Source of the DNA: an uncultured delta proteobacterium
GTDB lineage: Bacteria; Desulfobacterota; Syntrophia; Syntrophales; UBA2185
Direction: 5' to 3'
Length of the DNA stretch: 64,000 nt
NCBI GenBank assembly: GCA_963729715.1
Contig: CAVSPA010000007.1
Coordinates: 64,001 to 128,000, forward strand
Positions 60,571 through 64,000 of the stretch are shown here, piece by piece; position 1 is the first letter of the stretch; each line of letters starts with the position of its first letter. The notes beneath the pieces were generated by a model, which had not been told where the DNA came from, did no database searches, and saw only the letters and a list, made by a program, of their open reading frames with translations. The position numbers and the translations under genes were made by a program.

Positions 60571-61734
60571 ATGAAATTCATGGGCTACCGCCGCACCGGC
60601 GGAACCGTAGGCATCAGGAATCATGTGATCATCATTCCATCCGTAGTTTGTGCAAACCGCGTGGCCAGGGGAATATCCCAGCTTGTAACGGGCACCACAT
60701 GGGTCGAACACCAGCACGGATGTACGCAGCTGGGGGCCGATGCCGCGTTAACTAGGCGGGTTCTCGTTGCCCACGGGACACATCCCAACGTTTACGGCGT
60801 CGTGGTAGTCGGTCTCGGTTGTGAAACTTTGCGCGCGCAGGATATGGCTGCGGAAATAAGAGATATATGCCCCGATAAGCCGGTCCATCTCGTGATCATC
60901 CAAGATGAGGGTGGGTCTATTGGGGCGGTAGCGGCAGGGGCGAGCGCCGCACGCGAAATGGTCGGTGGCGCCTCTTCCATGGAACGCACGCCAAGCGACG
61001 TCTCCGAGATCATCCTGGGAACCGAATGCGGGGGATCAGATGCCTGCTCCGGTATTTCAGCCAATCCGGCGCTGGGTGTCGCCTGCGATCTATTGATCGA
61101 CGCCGGCGGAAGCGTCATCCTCGCTGAGACGACAGAACTTATCGGCGCCGAGCATCTCATCGCTTCACGGGCCGTGAGCGAGCATGTTGCAGCCCGCTGT
61201 TATGAAGTAATAAGAAGATGTGAAGATTTGGCAAAGGCCATGGGAGTGGACATGCGGGGCGGACAGCCCACGCCGGGAAATATGGAAGGCGGCCTGTCAT
61301 CGATCGAAGAAAAATCCCTCGGCTGTATCTACAAGGCGGGTACGAAACCCCTCCAAGATGTCATAGACTATGCCATGCCCGTCACGAAAAAAGGGCTTAT
61401 CTGGATGGATACGCCGGGACAGGATATCGAACAGCTCACGGGGATGGTCGCCGGCGGCTGCCACATCGTTGTCTTTACGACAGGGCGCGGCACCTGCTGC
61501 GGCTCGCCGATTGCGCCGGCCATCAAAGTGGCGACGAACACGGCGATTTTTGAGAAGATGAAAGACAACATGGACATGAACGCAGGCACCATTATCACTG
61601 GCCACGAATCGATTCGGGAGGCAGGTAGACGTATTTTTGCGGAAGTTGTGCAGGTCGCCTCGGGTAAGCTGGTCAGGGCGGAGAGCCTGGGCTTCAATGA
61701 TTTTGCCATCAAGCGTATCGGACCGTCGATGTAA
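60571..61734 (+). CDS. UxaA/GarD/SuyB family dehydratase, catalytic subunit
   Basis: GYRR...VGIRN, H.HGC, GLGCE, CGGSD, N.EGGLSSIEEKSLG and FTTGRG motifs. Confidence 0.9.
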   Translation: MKFMGYRRTGGTVGIRNHVIIIPSVVCANRVARGISQLVTGTTWVEHQHGCTQLGADAALTRRVLVAHGTHPNVYGVVVVGLGCETLRAQDMAAEIRDICPDKPVHLVIIQDEGGSIGAVAAGASAAREMVGGASSMERTPSDVSEIILGTECGGSDACSGISANPALGVACDLLIDAGGSVILAETTELIGAEHLIASRAVSEHVAARCYEVIRRCEDLAKAMGVDMRGGQPTPGNMEGGLSSIEEKSLGCIYKAGTKPLQDVIDYAMPVTKKGLIWMDTPGQDIEQLTGMVAGGCHIVVFTTGRGTCCGSPIAPAIKVATNTAIFEKMKDNMDMNAGTIITGHESIREAGRRIFAEVVQVASGKLVRAESLGFNDFAIKRIGPSM

Positions 61735-61807
61735 AGAGGAAAACAGCAAAAAAGTTCAGGGAAGCTAGCAAATCACAATTGAAGAAAACTGCTCAAGGTG
61801 TTAGATC

Positions 61808-62098
61808 ATGGCGATGAAAAAAGCGATTGTGATGGAAGAAAGTGACAATGTGGCAACCGTCGTGGAACCCATCGATGCCCCAGGAGAGGTAGTTGTGGAA
61901 GCGGCAGGTGGCAGAATCACTGTGCGTATTTCCGACAACATCCCCTTCGGTCACAAATTCGCCATTCGAGATATTCCGGAGGGCAGCTTCATTCTTAAGT
62001 ACGGCGAGCCTATCGGCGTCGCCCGCATAGACATTAAAGCCGGGCAGCATGTACATGTTCACAACCTGGAGAGCAAGCGGGGACGTGGTGATCAGTAA
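61808..62098 (+). CDS. UxaA/SuyA family SAF-domain subunit
   Basis: DNVAT, IPFGHKFA, KYGE.IG and HVHVHN motifs. Confidence 0.9.
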   Translation: MAMKKAIVMEESDNVATVVEPIDAPGEVVVEAAGGRITVRISDNIPFGHKFAIRDIPEGSFILKYGEPIGVARIDIKAGQHVHVHNLESKRGRGDQ

Positions 62099-62131
62099 GT
62101 ATAAGTATATAACAGAACAAAGGAGCGAGCG

Positions 62132-63007
62132 ATGAAGAAAATCGGTTGGATCGGCACAGGTGTCATGGGGAAATCCATGTGCATACATATTCTGAAAAAG
62201 GGCTATGCTCTTTCCGTGTATAATCGGACGAGAGAAAAAGCGGGAGAGCTGTGCAGCCAGGGCGCCAGTTGGCTCGCCACTCCCGGAGATGTGGCGGCAG
62301 CAAGCGACGTAACATTCACGATGGTCGGCGAACCGGCAGATGTAGAGCAGGTGATCCTGGGAAAGGGAGGGGTGCTGGAGCGGAGCCGTCCGGGATCGGT
62401 TATTGTGGATATGACTACGTCCGAGCCGTCCCTGGCCCGCCGGATTTATGAAGAAGCAAAAGGCAAGTCCGTTTCGTCGCTCGATGCCCCTGTCTCCGGA
62501 GGTGATGTCGGAGCACGGGAGGGCACGCTAGCGATCATGGCAGGCGGGGATGAAGAGGCCTTCAAGCAGGTGCTGCCTGTCTTTGAACTGATGGGCAAAA
62601 ATATAGCTTACATGGGCGGACCGGGCATGGGACAGCACACCAAGATGAGCAACCAGATCGTTATCGCTGCCGCTATGGTCGGTGTTGTGGAATCACTTCT
62701 CTATGCCCGCAGGGCCGGATTGGACCTCGACGCTGTCATCGATATCATCGGCAAGGGGGCGGCCTCCTCCTGGTCTCTCAACCAGCTCGGGCGGAGGATC
62801 GTAAAGGGCGACTTCGCCCCCGGCTTTTACATCCGCCATTTTGTCAAGGATATGGGTATCGCCCTTCTGGAAGCGCGGAGGATGAAGCTGTCTCTTCCCG
62901 GCCTGGCGCTGGCAAACCAATTCTACACCGCCGCTATGGCGGAGGGACTGGAGACGGAAGGCACACAGGCCCTTTACAAGGTGCTGGACAGACTGAACCG
63001 TCCCTGA
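62132..63007 (+). CDS. NAD(P)-dependent beta-hydroxyacid dehydrogenase (GarR/GlxR-like)
   Basis: GWIGTGVMG, DAPVSGGD.GA, catalytic K..NQ and HFVKDM motifs. Confidence 0.88.
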   Translation: MKKIGWIGTGVMGKSMCIHILKKGYALSVYNRTREKAGELCSQGASWLATPGDVAAASDVTFTMVGEPADVEQVILGKGGVLERSRPGSVIVDMTTSEPSLARRIYEEAKGKSVSSLDAPVSGGDVGAREGTLAIMAGGDEEAFKQVLPVFELMGKNIAYMGGPGMGQHTKMSNQIVIAAAMVGVVESLLYARRAGLDLDAVIDIIGKGAASSWSLNQLGRRIVKGDFAPGFYIRHFVKDMGIALLEARRMKLSLPGLALANQFYTAAMAEGLETEGTQALYKVLDRLNRP

Positions 63008-63135
63008 CCGTGCTTATTACAATTGCAGACTTTGATTTGTTTTCCATCCACAAGAAAGAAGAAAGGCCTTGGGCAGAAACAATTTTGTTCATGGCTTTCT
63101 TTAGAATGCCAGACTAAAAGGACAAGGAGGACCTG

Positions 63136-64000
63136 ATGCTCTTATCCGTCACCCTAACACTGCTTCCAATTCTTGTCATAGTATTCCTAATGGTAAGAAA
63201 ACATTTTGCCGCCGATTCAAGCGGCACCGTAGGCTGGCTTCTGACGGCGGCCATCGCATATTTCTTCTTTAACACCTCGCTGGAAGTGGGTCTTCGCTCA
63301 TCCGTCGCCGGCATGATCGCCTCGTTCCCAGTATCTTTGATGGTTGCAACATCGATCCTGCAGATAAGCTACATGGAAGCAACTGGCGCCCTTCAACGCG
63401 TAGCCGTCTTTGTAAAGACATTCGGGTCGGGAGACAGGGTCGTACAGATCATGCTGATCAATGTGGGGGCCGGTACACTGCTTGTGGCCGTCGGCGCTAC
63501 CCCCGTATCAATACTCCCCCCCATCCTTGTTGCCCTCGGATACTCCACCTTTGTCGCCGTAGCGCTACCTGCAATCGGTTTTGACGGCCTCTGTACGTTT
63601 GCGCTGCTTGGCGCGCCTCTTGTTGTTTATTCAGACATGACTGGGACTCCCCTCGTCCAGTCGGCGCGCGTCTTTGCCAAATTCCTTCCAGTTATTTCCA
63701 CGCTGATCGGTTTCGGGATGCTCTGGATCGTCGGGCGCTGGACACTCGTTCGGAAAGGCTTCATACCCTGTCTCATCGCAGGTCTAACAAACGGCGGTGT
63801 CGCCGTTGCAGTAAGCTACATCCCATTTCTCGAAGGTGGTGTGGTGCTTACCGGCGTCATGGCCGGTTTCTCAACGATGGTCGTCATGCTTCTTTATCTG
63901 AAGCTCTTAGGCAAACCGATAATCGACAGAACGCATCTAACCGAGGAAGATTTGAAAGTCGAAAAAGGCATGTCCCTCATAAGGGCGCTTTCACCTTGGA
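63136..64000 (+). CDS. L-lactate permease (LctP) family transporter, truncated at the window end
   Basis: AAGGAGG RBS and ATG 63136; open hydrophobic frame MLLSVTLTLLPILVIVFLM...GATPVSILPPILVALG...RALSPW running off the window; absent from the ORF track. Confidence 0.75.
   Translation, partial: MLLSVTLTLLPILVIVFLMVRKHFAADSSGTVGWLLTAAIAYFFFNTSLEVGLRSSVAGMIASFPVSLMVATSILQISYMEATGALQRVAVFVKTFGSGDRVVQIMLINVGAGTLLVAVGATPVSILPPILVALGYSTFVAVALPAIGFDGLCTFALLGAPLVVYSDMTGTPLVQSARVFAKFLPVISTLIGFGMLWIVGRWTLVRKGFIPCLIAGLTNGGVAVAVSYIPFLEGGVVLTGVMAGFSTMVVMLLYLKLLGKPIIDRTHLTEEDLKVEKGMSLIRALSPW

Overview
This is a gene-dense 64-kb chromosomal segment from an anaerobic Gram-negative bacterium. Gene content (DUF4416-rfaE1, ftsK-rimO, sigma-54 Zra-like system, DUF3047, flavodiiron protein, split MetH) suggests a Syntrophales-like deltaproteobacterium (Desulfobacterota); this is inference only. 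In order it carries: LPS/lipid and housekeeping genes; a membrane-bound [NiFe] uptake hydrogenase operon with a partial hyp set; a large membrane protein with a cryptic protein-kinase-like N-terminus; an OmpR-type two-component pair facing a B12-dependent radical SAM gene; an L-Ara4N (arn) lipid A modification operon with split arnA; fbp plus a long class II aldolase; leuB; a ZraSR/ZraP-like module; fprA; leuACD under a leader-peptide attenuator; a split methionine synthase; pyrE, nfi, ribF and tRNA-Leu(CAG). It ends in a roughly 13-kb 2-hydroxy-acid/sugar-acid catabolic region (LarA-family racemase, LIV-type ABC transporter, glycerate kinase, split UxaA-family dehydratase, GarR-like reductase, lactate permease). 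The best novelty candidates are (1) an in-frame fusion of a cytoplasmic carboxylate-sensing Cache domain to a malic enzyme, (2) the kinase-like membrane protein with a rewired catalytic loop, and (3) the hydroxy-acid cluster. Four kinds of small non-coding palindromic or mobile elements were also found. No CRISPR array, rRNA, integrase or transposase was seen. All calls come from motif recognition by eye; no database searches were run.
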